Positions 1 through 9,235 of a DNA stretch of 64,000 nt are shown here, piece by piece. The stretch comes from a virus. Its lineage: Duplodnaviria > Caudoviricetes. Position 1 is the first letter of the stretch. Every line of letters begins with the position of its first letter. Location of the stretch: IMG/VR virus record IMGVR_UViG_3300047160_005525, positions 12,777 to 76,776 of that record, one strand, 5' to 3'. The position numbers and the translations under genes were made by a program. The notes under the pieces were generated by a model. The model had not been told where the DNA came from. It was given only the letters and a program-made list of their open reading frames with translations, and searched no databases.

Positions 1-1
1 T

Positions 2-1669
2 ACGCGCGAGGTTCTTGGCGAAGTCATTGTACAAGAGCGCGAGAAAGCGCAGCGCGACTGGCAACGCGACCGCGAATTGATAACAGCGCAAGCTGAGGAG
101 GCAATTGCCCGTGCTGAATCCAAAGCGGAAACGGCAATCGCTCGTGCTGATGCTAGAGCAGAAACAGCCATCGCTCGCGCTGATGCCGTAGCGGAGGCGA
201 CCGCGCGTGAGGCTGCCGAGATGCGCGCGCAGATGAGCGAGATGCGCTCGGAGATCGAGCGGATGATGTCGATCCGCTTGGCCGAGCTTCGTGATGGAGC
301 GGTCGGGCCGAAAGGAGAAAAGGGCGATCAGGGTCTGATGGGGCCGCAGGGGGAACGCGGTGTCGCTGTCATGGGCGAAACGGGGCCGCCAGGACTGAAG
401 GGCGAGCCTGGAATCGCTGGCCGCGACGGCCGCGACGGCGCTCCGGGGCCAGCAGGGCCGCAGGGCGAACGCGGAAGCGATGGCATCAGCATTAAAGGTC
501 CGATTGGTCCCGAGGGTCCTCCAGGGCGCGACGGTGCTCAAGGCCCTCCTGGAGAGAGCATCGTAGGTCCGCAAGGTGAGCGGGGATTACCAGGTGAAGC
601 GATTGTTGGGCCGCAGGGTGAACCGGGTTTGAAGGGTGATAAGGGCGACGTAGGCGAGCGCGGTTTGCCTGGAGAAGCGATTGTAGGGCCGCAAGGTGAG
701 CAAGGCGTTGCTGGCGTACAGGGTGAACGCGGTGAAGCAGGAGAGAAAGGCGATGTCGGCGAGCGAGGTATCCAAGGCGAAGCCGGGCCGTCCGGCTCGG
801 CCGGTCCAAAGGGCGATCCAGGAGAGCGCGGCGAGCAAGGCCCGCAAGGTGAGGTCGGACCCATTGGTGCCAAAGGCGACGTCGGAGAAAAAGGCAATGC
901 CGGTGATCCCGGTGTGCCAGGAATACGAGGAGAAAAAGGAGAAAGAGGCGAGCGAGGACTGGACGGAGCAATTGGCTCTCAGGGTGTGCCTGGAAGCGTG
1001 GGAGAACGCGGAGAAAAAGGGATTGACGGCGCCCGCGGCGAAAGGGGCGAGCGCGGCGAGCAGGGAGCGCGCGGCGAGAAAGGCGATCAGGGCATTCCTG
1101 GTGGAGTTGGACCTGCTGGTCAACGAGGTGAACGCGGCGAGCGCGGCGAGCAAGGTTCGCCTGGTAAATTGACGATCTGCAAAGTCTGGCAGAAGGACGA
1201 GATCGTCTACGAATCTCAATTGCGCACGCACGAAGGTTCGTTATGGCAGGCGCTGAAAGATACAGCGCAGCTTCCCGGTCACGCTGATTGGATTTGTCTC
1301 GCCACGGCTGGCATCGATGGCGCTGGCATCAACCCGTGCGGGCTCTATCAGGAAAATCATGTGTACCGTCGTCTCGACTTGGTCACTGTCAACGGGTCAA
1401 CCTTCGTTGCTAAGCGCGATGCTCCTGGCATATGCCCCGGCGAGCATTGGCAGCTTACTGCTAGCCAAGGCAAACGTGGTATTGCCGGCGAAAAGGGCGA
1501 GCGTGGTCCGATTGGGCCAAAGGGTGAAGCCGGTCAAGCCGCTCCGCGCATTACAGGCTTCCGTCTTGATCCGAAAAATTATCGTGCCGTTGCACGAATG
1601 TCTGATGGCTCAGAACTGCCGCTAGAACTGCGCGAACTATTCGAGCAGTTCAATGATGAGACTCGATGA
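2..1669 (+). CDS. Collagen-like (Gly-X-Y) phage head-region protein, 5' truncated by the window
   Basis: Frame is open from base 2. Coiled-coil-like N-part, long GXY tract, and a C-terminal domain (THEGSLWQAL...W...KRG...ELRELFEQF) recalled from similar phage proteins. Confidence 0.85.
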   Translation, partial: TREVLGEVIVQEREKAQRDWQRDRELITAQAEEAIARAESKAETAIARADARAETAIARADAVAEATAREAAEMRAQMSEMRSEIERMMSIRLAELRDGAVGPKGEKGDQGLMGPQGERGVAVMGETGPPGLKGEPGIAGRDGRDGAPGPAGPQGERGSDGISIKGPIGPEGPPGRDGAQGPPGESIVGPQGERGLPGEAIVGPQGEPGLKGDKGDVGERGLPGEAIVGPQGEQGVAGVQGERGEAGEKGDVGERGIQGEAGPSGSAGPKGDPGERGEQGPQGEVGPIGAKGDVGEKGNAGDPGVPGIRGEKGERGERGLDGAIGSQGVPGSVGERGEKGIDGARGERGERGEQGARGEKGDQGIPGGVGPAGQRGERGERGEQGSPGKLTICKVWQKDEIVYESQLRTHEGSLWQALKDTAQLPGHADWICLATAGIDGAGINPCGLYQENHVYRRLDLVTVNGSTFVAKRDAPGICPGEHWQLTASQGKRGIAGEKGERGPIGPKGEAGQAAPRITGFRLDPKNYRAVARMSDGSELPLELRELFEQFNDETR

Positions 1670-1671
1670 AA

Positions 1672-1776
1672 GAGGGCCGACTCTTCGGATGAAAAGTCAG
1701 CCCTCACCTCGCCATGCCTTGCCTAGCCTCGCCGTGCCTCGCCCTGCCTGGCCAAGCCTGGCCTCGCCAAGACCAT
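1672..1776 (-). ncRNA. Orphan GGY/NN pentamer repeat unit with 3' hairpin (putative VIPR-type guide RNA)
   Basis: About 13 regular RCC-NN pentamers on + (GGY-NN on -). Hairpin 1672-1705 has two C.A mismatches on + that are U.G pairs on -. Confidence 0.7.
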
Positions 1777-1814
1777 GTTAGTCTAGCATTTTCACTTGTT
1801 AAAGGAAGCTTCTC

Positions 1815-2465
1815 GTGGCCGATATGAGTGTCACAAATACTGTTGTCGCGGCGACAATGCACGATTTGGTGACGCTGGCTGAAGCTAAGCAATATCTTGG
1901 GATGAATCTGACTGATACGACTGAGGACGCTCAGCTTCAGCTTTTTATCACTACAAATTCTCACATCATTGCTCGTGAGTGCGATCGCATTTTTGCGAAA
2001 GAGACGATCGAGGAAACATGGCGCGAGGTTTACGACGGCCGCGTGTTTTTGATGCATTGGCCGGTAGTCAAGACAGATATCACAAGCGTCGTCGCCGCTG
2101 GCACTGGTGTAACGATCGATGAATACGAATTAGAGGAATCTTCAGGCAAGCTTTCATACGTGAAGGTGAACGATCCGGCATCAGCGCCATGGCCGCAAAG
2201 CGTGATCATCAATTACACCGGCGGCTACAATCTTCCAGACGAAGCGCCGTATCCGCTGAAGCATGCTTGCATCTTGATGGTCCGCGAAGATCAGATACGG
2301 CAGCGACAAGCCCAGACCGCAGGCATTCGGCAAATCTCGCATCACGAGGCGCGTGTTTCGTTCTTCGATCCTAATGCGCTCTTGATACGAACTGCTGGCA
2401 TGGGTTCGCCGGCGATGCAGACGGTCGCGAAGATTCTCTACAAGTACACGCGGAACTGGGTGTGA
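1815..2465 (+). CDS. Head-tail connector protein (gp6/gp15-like)
   Basis: LVTLAEAKQYL, IARECDRIF and YTGGYNLPDEAPYPLKHACILMV motifs; position before tail genes. Confidence 0.8.
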   Translation: MADMSVTNTVVAATMHDLVTLAEAKQYLGMNLTDTTEDAQLQLFITTNSHIIARECDRIFAKETIEETWREVYDGRVFLMHWPVVKTDITSVVAAGTGVTIDEYELEESSGKLSYVKVNDPASAPWPQSVIINYTGGYNLPDEAPYPLKHACILMVREDQIRQRQAQTAGIRQISHHEARVSFFDPNALLIRTAGMGSPAMQTVAKILYKYTRNWV

Positions 2466-2842
2466 TGCTTCACATCGAAATCGTCAATCTGGCGGAGGTC
2501 GAAGAGACGATCGCCAACATGAAGGACGAGATCGACAAGTTTGCGTCGACCGAGATGACGCAGGAATTTATCGATTGGCAGACTGAAGACATGAAGCGGA
2601 CTTATCCCAACACGACTGATGAAGGCGCGTCGTCGATCTTTACTTTGATCTGGCCGCGCTCGCGCAAAGCGCGACCGTATAAACCGCGTGTGCGGCGAAC
2701 GATGAAATCGCCGCTGCCACGGTTGGTGCGCGCGCCGGGCGAGCGGCCGATCTTGCGACCTGAATTGTTCGAGCAACTGTGTGAACGAATGCTTGCAGCT
2801 ATGGCGAAAGCGCTGCAATGGCAATCAACTTCTCAACCCTAG
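2462..2842 (+). CDS. Neck/tail morphogenesis protein (hypothetical)
   Basis: Overlapping start/stop coupling within the operon. Confidence 0.65.
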   Translation: MMLHIEIVNLAEVEETIANMKDEIDKFASTEMTQEFIDWQTEDMKRTYPNTTDEGASSIFTLIWPRSRKARPYKPRVRRTMKSPLPRLVRAPGERPILRPELFEQLCERMLAAMAKALQWQSTSQP

Positions 2843-3180
2843 TTTACCAACCCTGTCAGGACACGTTCGGCCGCACGGTGACAGTGACGCCTGTCGCCTC
2901 GCAGCCGGGCGGTGCTGCCTATACCCGTCGCGGCATTTTCGGCACGCGGCCAGTCAACATCGAGACTGCTATCGGCATGGCTGTGCTTTCAGATCAGGAA
3001 ACGGTCTTCTACATCCGCGAAGTCGAATACCCGACGCTGCCGCAGCAAGGTGATCTGCTGTCCATTCCAGTAGACGATGCGGGCAATCCTGCAGAGGACA
3101 ATTGGATCGTCACCGATTCGTCGCGCAACGGCGGCGGTGAAACGACGCTGACGCTCCAGAAAGTCGTGCCAGCATCATGA
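2818..3180 (+). CDS. Head-tail joining protein (lambda FII-like)
   Basis: Size 120 aa, GIFG...PQQGDLL...W.V...GGETTLTL pattern, synteny. Confidence 0.7.
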   Translation: MAINFSTLVYQPCQDTFGRTVTVTPVASQPGGAAYTRRGIFGTRPVNIETAIGMAVLSDQETVFYIREVEYPTLPQQGDLLSIPVDDAGNPAEDNWIVTDSSRNGGGETTLTLQKVVPAS

Positions 3181-3848
3181 CTGATCTCGTCTATACCGAT
3201 ACGCACAAGGTCCAAAGTCCTGGCTTCATTGTGCTGAATGCGATCTTTGATCGCTTGTCGACCACCTCGGTATTTTCGAATTACAGCGTTCGGCGCATCG
3301 CCAGCGCATTGCCAGTCGAAGGTAAACTGCAGATTCCATTTCTCGGTGTGTTCCGTGCCAATGAAGATTTCAACGGTCAGAGTCCAAGGCAGACGGCCAT
3401 CAGTTGTGATTATACGTTCGATATCGGAATCCAGATTATCGTTGCGAATAACGACGCGGTTGAAATGCAAGCCGAGCTTGATCGCGCGTCTTGGTTCATC
3501 ATGAACCAAATTCTTCGCGACAACACGCTGACAAACCGGAAATATACGACGCTAAAAGACGGAACAGCTATTAACGGTTTGAAGCGTATCCGTGTCCCGC
3601 CGGATAAGTGGGGACGCTCGGGGACGAGTAATGAAACGCCGGTTGGCATTCGCGTTGTCAACGTATCGTTTGATCTCGGCGAGGTAATTTTCTTCCCGAC
3701 TGAATTTCCTGATCTCGAACGCATCACGATAACGACATCGTGGCCGCCCGGCTCGGCACCGGAACAGCAGCAGCAAGTTCAGCAGGTCAAGATGGTCTAC
3801 ATGTTCGAGCCGGATTACGTGCCGCCACCGCTGCCCAATATCCCCTAG
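3177..3848 (+). CDS. Putative tail terminator/completion protein
   Basis: Coupled ORF between the joining protein and the DUF2635-like gene. Confidence 0.55.
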   Translation: MTDLVYTDTHKVQSPGFIVLNAIFDRLSTTSVFSNYSVRRIASALPVEGKLQIPFLGVFRANEDFNGQSPRQTAISCDYTFDIGIQIIVANNDAVEMQAELDRASWFIMNQILRDNTLTNRKYTTLKDGTAINGLKRIRVPPDKWGRSGTSNETPVGIRVVNVSFDLGEVIFFPTEFPDLERITITTSWPPGSAPEQQQQVQQVKMVYMFEPDYVPPPLPNIP

Positions 3849-3866
3849 CAAACGAGGAGAATCGAT

Positions 3867-4184
3867 ATGCCGATCGAAGGCGAAAAGAGCCTACGCTTCA
3901 AACAGCGCCAGGAGCGCATGAGGCGCATCGCTGAGCAAAACAAGCCCAGGCGTGTGCGCGTGCTGCCGAAGAACGATGTCATTCGTCGCGACATTGTTCA
4001 CCCTACGAACAAGCTCGCTTTCCCGCCGCAAGGCGGATCGGTCGAATGGCCGCTCGATCAATTCACCATGCGGCGCATCCGCGATGGCGATGTCACGGTC
4101 GAAGAAGAAAAGAAAGAAGAAAAACCAGCGCCGGCACCAGAGCCGACACGGCGACCAAGCCGGACATACACGCCGACAAGCTAA
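3867..4184 (+). CDS. DUF2635-like small protein (Mu gp38-like)
   Basis: FPPQGGSVEW...FTMRRIRDGDV motif, upstream of the sheath gene. Confidence 0.65.
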   Translation: MPIEGEKSLRFKQRQERMRRIAEQNKPRRVRVLPKNDVIRRDIVHPTNKLAFPPQGGSVEWPLDQFTMRRIRDGDVTVEEEKKEEKPAPAPEPTRRPSRTYTPTS

Positions 4185-4261
4185 CAGGCACCCGCGCCTG
4201 CATTTCGAAACAGCCTAAGCGGGACACGGCTGCTCGGCCCGTCGTGAGACGCGCCATTCCC

Positions 4262-5014
4262 CTAGATGGAGTCTCGCATGATCTGGCGCTTGCGGTCATA
4301 TCGCAGTTTTGCGTTGATACGATCGCAAGCGTGGCAACGTTTCCCTGGTTCTTTTGGATGGCCTCTCACGCAAACGCTGCAAGATCGAATAGCGCGTAAA
4401 TGGGCTTTGGTTTTTTCAGAATGATGTCTTCCAAAGAAGCCATTGCGTTCGCCGTTCTGATCTTTGCCCAGTCGTGGATTGGTAATTCTCATTGGCTTGC
4501 CAAATGCATGGTGTTGCTCGCCGTGAGGCGTATTTGCGATTTGGCGAGCGCGTTGTTCCGCCGTCATTGGACCGGCGGCTTTGGTGCCAGCGCTGATTGT
4601 TGCTCTTTCTGCTTCTGTGCGCTGAGTGCCTTTAGGGACTGGATTTACGATGCCGCCACGTTCGATGATTTTGGCGCGAATCTTGTTCTTCTCTTTTTCT
4701 GACATATGCGTGCCAAATCGAAAGTTATGTACGCCATGTCGCTTTAATGAATGCGAACCACCGGCGAGAACATTCCAACCGATGAATTTGTGAGGTCGTA
4801 AAGCTTCTTCTAGAAACTCACATTCTTCAACTGATCCTTGGAAGAGAATGAGGCTTCGAAACTTTTTCGGCACTCTTCGATAAATGCCAGTCGCGTATTG
4901 ATGTTGAGAAAATCGTTTTGGTGGTCGTTGAGCAGTGAATCCGATGTAGCCGTCTGTACGCGGATCAACACAAGTCTCGTCGTATAGCCAATAGACACTC
5001 GTCGTCTTATCCAT
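4262..5014 (-). CDS. Free-standing GIY-YIG homing endonuclease with NUMOD3-like repeats
   Basis: VYWLY...GYIGFT...RFSQH core; HMSEKEKNKIR and HHSEKTKAHLR repeats; AGGAGG RBS before ATG at 5014; antisense to the tail operon. Confidence 0.8.
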   Translation of the reverse strand: MDKTTSVYWLYDETCVDPRTDGYIGFTAQRPPKRFSQHQYATGIYRRVPKKFRSLILFQGSVEECEFLEEALRPHKFIGWNVLAGGSHSLKRHGVHNFRFGTHMSEKEKNKIRAKIIERGGIVNPVPKGTQRTEAERATISAGTKAAGPMTAEQRARQIANTPHGEQHHAFGKPMRITNPRLGKDQNGERNGFFGRHHSEKTKAHLRAIRSCSVCVRGHPKEPGKRCHACDRINAKLRYDRKRQIMRDSI

Positions 5015-5161
5015 GGAAGACCTCCTAGAAGGTTTTTCGTGGCTAGAGCCGGGGCGACGAGGGCAAACGCCGTCTCGGCTCGCTGTAACTCTAGCGTAAC
5101 TGGTGATTTCACCCAAGAGCCCAGTCTGAAATCTGGCCTCACAACCTATGGAGTAACTACC

Positions 5162-5227
5162 ATGCCTATCTCTTTCGCAAACATTCCATCTAATATTAAG
5201 GTCCCTTTATATTGGGTGGAAGTGGAT
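5162..5227 (+). CDS. Tail sheath protein exon 1 (MPISFANIPSNIKVPLYWVEVD)
   Basis: Sheath-like N-terminus with GGAG RBS; the unspliced frame stops shortly after; joins in frame to exon 2. Confidence 0.85.
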
Positions 5228-5491
5228 AACGCGAATCAAGCGTAGGTCCCTTTGTCGAGCAATCGACATCGAACATCGGGTGAACTCGGGGAAACTCCAG
5301 ATCGGACAATCCCGAGCCAAGCTGCCGCAACGGCAGAAGGTGTAACGACTAGAGCGCAAGCTCGTAGGATCAAGCGATCCGAAGCGCCCGACGCCCCAAG
5401 TGGGCGGTGATATAGTCTCCTCCACATAGGAATATGTGGCAGTCCGCAAAAGGACGGTAGCGAGAGTAGCGAACTCGCTGCGAAGATTAGG
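5228..5491 (+). ncRNA. Group I self-splicing intron (264 nt, no ORF) in the tail sheath gene
   Basis: 5' exon ends in U with P1 GGAU/GUCC; P7 elements ACGACUAGAG and GAUAUAGUC; P9-type hairpins; terminal G5491; splicing restores VEVD-PSMAGLPT. Confidence 0.88.
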
Positions 5492-7255
5492 CCCTCAATG
5501 GCAGGTTTGCCGACGCTCAATCTGCGAGCGTTGCTGATCGGCACGATGAATGCTGACGGCACTGGCACTCAAGACATCCCGGTTGCCATAGGCACGCAAG
5601 CATCAGCCGACGAGAAGTTCGGCGTAGGCTCTGAACTCGCGCAGATGTTCAAAGCCTACTTTAAAAATAATTTTGCCAATGAGGTGTGGGCGGGGCCCGT
5701 GGCTCCGTCTACTAACTCGCAAGCAGCAAGTGGCACGATCACGGTGACGACGCCGCCGAGCGAGGCCGGAACGATCAATCTCTACATCGCCGGTCATCAT
5801 GTGGCGGTCAACGTCGGCATGAGTGATACGGCTGAGCAGGTTGCGCTTGAAATCGCTAACGCGATTAATGCAATCGAACCCGCTTTGCCGGTGACAGCGG
5901 CAGCAGGGACCGGAGCGACAACTACGGGAACTGGCACCGGCAATTCGACGGGCACGACCAGTCTGACCGTCTCGTCGTCAACCGGTACCATCGCGATCGG
6001 CGCGACCGTGACTGGCACCGGCGTTCCTGCCAACACGACGATTGCGAGTCAGACCTCGGGCACGATCGGCGGCGATGGCGTGTACGTCACCAGTAACCCG
6101 ACGACGCTGTCGGCGGCAGCGATCACGACCACGCTGACCAGCAATACGAACGTGGTCACGGTGACTTGCACCTTCCTGGGCGTCAACGGCAACGAGATTC
6201 GCATCGAGCAGGACTACTACGGAATGCTCGGCGGCGAACGGCCGGTGACGGGGCTGGTGCTGACGTTGCCGGCGACAAACTTCTTGACCGGCGGTGTCGG
6301 CACGCCGGACTTTACCAACTTGATCATAGCCATGGGCGAGACGCCGTTTGAGTATCTCTGCGTGCCTTACTGGGATTCCAACACCTTGCTCGCGTTTGAG
6401 GAGGAGATGGGATTCGGAGATTCGGGTCGCTGGGGATGGCAGCGTCAGCTGTTCGGCCATGTGTTCCTTGCCAAGCGCGGTCAATACTCGGACCTCGTCA
6501 CCTGGGGCTTGACCCGCAACAGCGGATTGATCTCGGTGCTGGCGTTCGAGAATCCCACGCCGACGCCGATGTACGAGATGGCGGCGGCTTACACGGCGAA
6601 GGCGCAGCGCGCGCTCAGCAACGACCCGGCCAGGCCGCTGCAGACCTTGCAACTCAACGGCACGCTGCCGGCGAAGCTGCACGATCGCTTCAACTTCGTC
6701 GAACTCAACTCCCTCGCCTCAAGCGGCCTTGCCATCCAGAAGTGTTGGGAAGGCTCGGGCATGTCGCAAATCGCCCGCGAGCAAACAACCTACCAACTTA
6801 ATCTTTATGGCCAGGGCGATGACGCGTACGAACTCGTCACGACGCTCGCGACGTTGGCGAAGATTCTCCGCAATCAACGTCACGCGATCACGAGCAAGTA
6901 TCCCAGACACAAACTTGCGAATGACGGAACACGCTTCGGGCCAGGGCAGGCGATTGTGACCCCGGCTATTATCAAAGCCGAATTAGTCGCACAATACCGG
7001 ATGGATATGTGGGACGGCCTCGTCGAGGACGTCGCCGACTTCAAGCGCTTCCTCCTGGTGGAAAGGGACCCGGATAACCCTAATAGGTTAAACGTGCTTT
7101 ATCCGCCTGACTTGATAAATCAGCTGCGAATCTTCGCCGTGCTCGCACAATTTAGACTCCAGTACGATCGTGGGATCGATGTTGCCATTATCGGCTATAC
7201 GGGACTCGCAGGAATCGCTGGACCTGGTGGTGCCTTAACTGGTACTGGTGGCTAA
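5492..7255 (+). CDS. Tail sheath protein exon 2 (Mu gpL-like)
   Basis: DPARPLQTL, KYPRHKLANDGTRFGPGQAIVTP and NRLNVLYPPDLINQLRIFAV sheath motifs. Confidence 0.95.
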   Translation, partial: PSMAGLPTLNLRALLIGTMNADGTGTQDIPVAIGTQASADEKFGVGSELAQMFKAYFKNNFANEVWAGPVAPSTNSQAASGTITVTTPPSEAGTINLYIAGHHVAVNVGMSDTAEQVALEIANAINAIEPALPVTAAAGTGATTTGTGTGNSTGTTSLTVSSSTGTIAIGATVTGTGVPANTTIASQTSGTIGGDGVYVTSNPTTLSAAAITTTLTSNTNVVTVTCTFLGVNGNEIRIEQDYYGMLGGERPVTGLVLTLPATNFLTGGVGTPDFTNLIIAMGETPFEYLCVPYWDSNTLLAFEEEMGFGDSGRWGWQRQLFGHVFLAKRGQYSDLVTWGLTRNSGLISVLAFENPTPTPMYEMAAAYTAKAQRALSNDPARPLQTLQLNGTLPAKLHDRFNFVELNSLASSGLAIQKCWEGSGMSQIAREQTTYQLNLYGQGDDAYELVTTLATLAKILRNQRHAITSKYPRHKLANDGTRFGPGQAIVTPAIIKAELVAQYRMDMWDGLVEDVADFKRFLLVERDPDNPNRLNVLYPPDLINQLRIFAVLAQFRLQYDRGIDVAIIGYTGLAGIAGPGGALTGTGG

Positions 7256-7932
7256 TGGTAGCAAGGGCCGAACGCGCAGCAGCGAAGGCGGCAGGGCTTA
7301 TTCAATACTTTACGGGTAAGCCCTGCATCAATGGACATATTGGTCCGCGAAACACTGCTGGTGGCTATTGTCTTCAATGCATCAATGAACTGAGACAGTG
7401 TAAGCGTGCGAAGAAGAAAGGCTATCGCACACGCGCTGAGATCGCTGCTGATACGAACAAGCCGATGCGTCGCTGCAAGGCGTGTAAGAAGGAATTTCCG
7501 GCAACATCGGAATTCTTTGTGACGCTGCGAAAGATTCAGCCAAGCGGCACGGTTACGCTTGGTTTTGCGCGTGAATGTCGAGACTGTCGGAATAAGCGCT
7601 TCACTACTTTCTATGCAGATAACCGTGAAGCGATGATTCTGCGAGTTACGGAATATACGCGCGATAATCCGGCACCGAAACGCAATCGGGATGCAATTCG
7701 TTACATGCGCCGTAAGAAGCGCAATGGTTGTCCGCCGTGGGCTGATCAGAAGAAGCTCGAAACGATTTACGCGATTGCCGACTATCTGACGAAGAAGACC
7801 GGCATCCCGCATGAGGTGGATCACTATTATCCACTCATGCACAAGAAGTGCTGCGGTCTGCATGTGCCGTGGAATCTACGCGTGATTACGCAGGCGGCGA
7901 ACCAAGCCAAAGGCAATCGCTTGCCTGAGTAA
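7255..7932 (+). CDS. HNH homing endonuclease with Zn-finger motifs
   Basis: CxxC pairs; HEVDHYYPL...CGLHVPWNLRVITQAANQAKGN; inserted between sheath and tube genes. Confidence 0.85.
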   Translation: MVARAERAAAKAAGLIQYFTGKPCINGHIGPRNTAGGYCLQCINELRQCKRAKKKGYRTRAEIAADTNKPMRRCKACKKEFPATSEFFVTLRKIQPSGTVTLGFARECRDCRNKRFTTFYADNREAMILRVTEYTRDNPAPKRNRDAIRYMRRKKRNGCPPWADQKKLETIYAIADYLTKKTGIPHEVDHYYPLMHKKCCGLHVPWNLRVITQAANQAKGNRLPE

Positions 7933-7989
7933 GCCTACCTCTGCCCCGTCGTGACGACGCGGCCCAATCCCAACTGATGGAGAACTACA

Positions 7990-8355
7990 ATGGCAATTAA
8001 GTTTGCTGGAATTGCGTTCCTTATGATTGACGCGCAACAGTATCGCTTGCGTGGAAATCTCACGGTTTCGCCCAGTCCCTTGGAACGCACGATGATCGCA
8101 GGTCAAGATTTCGTGCACGGGTACCAAGAACTACCGCGAGTCCCGTACATTGAATGTGACCTCAGCGCGATGCCCGATCTCTCGCTTGAGGAACTGCTCG
8201 ACCAGACCGATGTCACGGTTGTCGCCGAGCTTGCGAACGGTCTCGCCTACTCGCTACACAACGCCACCGTCAAAGGCGCGTTCGAAGAGAACACGCGCGA
8301 TGGCCAATTGAGGGTGCGTTGGGAGGGCGTTTGGTGTGAAGAGTTGACTTGGTAA
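7990..8355 (+). CDS. Tail tube protein (Mu gpM-like)
   Basis: GQDFVHGYQELPRVPYIECDL...AELANG motif; synteny. Confidence 0.88.
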   Translation: MAIKFAGIAFLMIDAQQYRLRGNLTVSPSPLERTMIAGQDFVHGYQELPRVPYIECDLSAMPDLSLEELLDQTDVTVVAELANGLAYSLHNATVKGAFEENTRDGQLRVRWEGVWCEELTW

Positions 8356-8406
8356 GATATGAGCAATAACAAGGCGAGAGTAGCGGTATGGTTGTACGCA
8401 GCCTTC

Positions 8407-9138
8407 TCAAGTCTTACGCGACTTGCGGATGGCATGCATAAGCAATCGGGCTTGCCGGTTTCTCTCTCGTTGCTTGAGTCGTTCGTGCCGCTTGGTGATC
8501 GTGTTCTGGTGAGAATCCAGCTTCGCTTGGACTGCCTCATCAGGAGAACGCTTATCTCGCTCAGCGATAGCCTTTCGGTGAGATTCCAACTTTGCTCGCA
8601 CTCTTTCGTCAGGTGATGGATCGAGTTTTGCGTATGGTCCAAAGTACTCTTCGGCTGCGATGCAGTAAGCGGTGTGAGCGTCTTCTACCGTGAAATAGAC
8701 ACCAAGACTAATGCTCCGTCCGTTGACTTTGATCCGGGCTACGTATCGTTGAATGCCTTTGTGCCAGGTGACTCCTTTTGGAAGAGTCTTTCCTTCGATT
8801 AGCTTACGATTTCTAGCTTGTTCTGTATCATTTCCCGGACGAAGATTTGACCAACGGTTATCGCTGGGGTCGCCGTTCTTATGATCTACTTCGGGTTTGT
8901 CCCAAGCTTCGGTCTTTCCTGGCCAGTCGCCGGTCATATAGAGAACGGCCAAGCGGCTAGCCTGATAGAGTTTACCGTCGATCTTGATTTCTAGACGCCC
9001 GTCTTTCTTAGGCGTGCCTGCAACGCTACCCACGAGGACGCGGCCGTTCGGCTGTATGCGCCAGGTGAAGACGCCGGTGTCAGGATCGTAGTTGAGGATT
9101 TCGTCGAGACGAGCTTGCGTTAAGATGTCATCAGCCAT
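8407..9138 (-). CDS. HNH endonuclease with AP2 DNA-binding domain
   Basis: LNYDPDTGVFTW...VDHKNGDPSDNRWSNLR...KGVTWHK...ARIKVNGRSISLG; GGAG RBS before ATG 9138; antisense. Confidence 0.9.
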   Translation of the reverse strand: MADDILTQARLDEILNYDPDTGVFTWRIQPNGRVLVGSVAGTPKKDGRLEIKIDGKLYQASRLAVLYMTGDWPGKTEAWDKPEVDHKNGDPSDNRWSNLRPGNDTEQARNRKLIEGKTLPKGVTWHKGIQRYVARIKVNGRSISLGVYFTVEDAHTAYCIAAEEYFGPYAKLDPSPDERVRAKLESHRKAIAERDKRSPDEAVQAKLDSHQNTITKRHERLKQRERNRQARLLMHAIRKSRKT

Positions 9139-9235
9139 TGGCGATGCTCCTACATCGTTGGTGGTTAGGGACTCGCGGGTGAGTGACACCATCCGTGAGT
9201 CCCGCTCAGACTATCACAAGGCAATGAGGTGAACC

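Noticed and set aside
5039-5245. 68-aa ORF as an independent gene
   Set aside because: Its 3' part is sheath exon 1 running into the intron stop codon.
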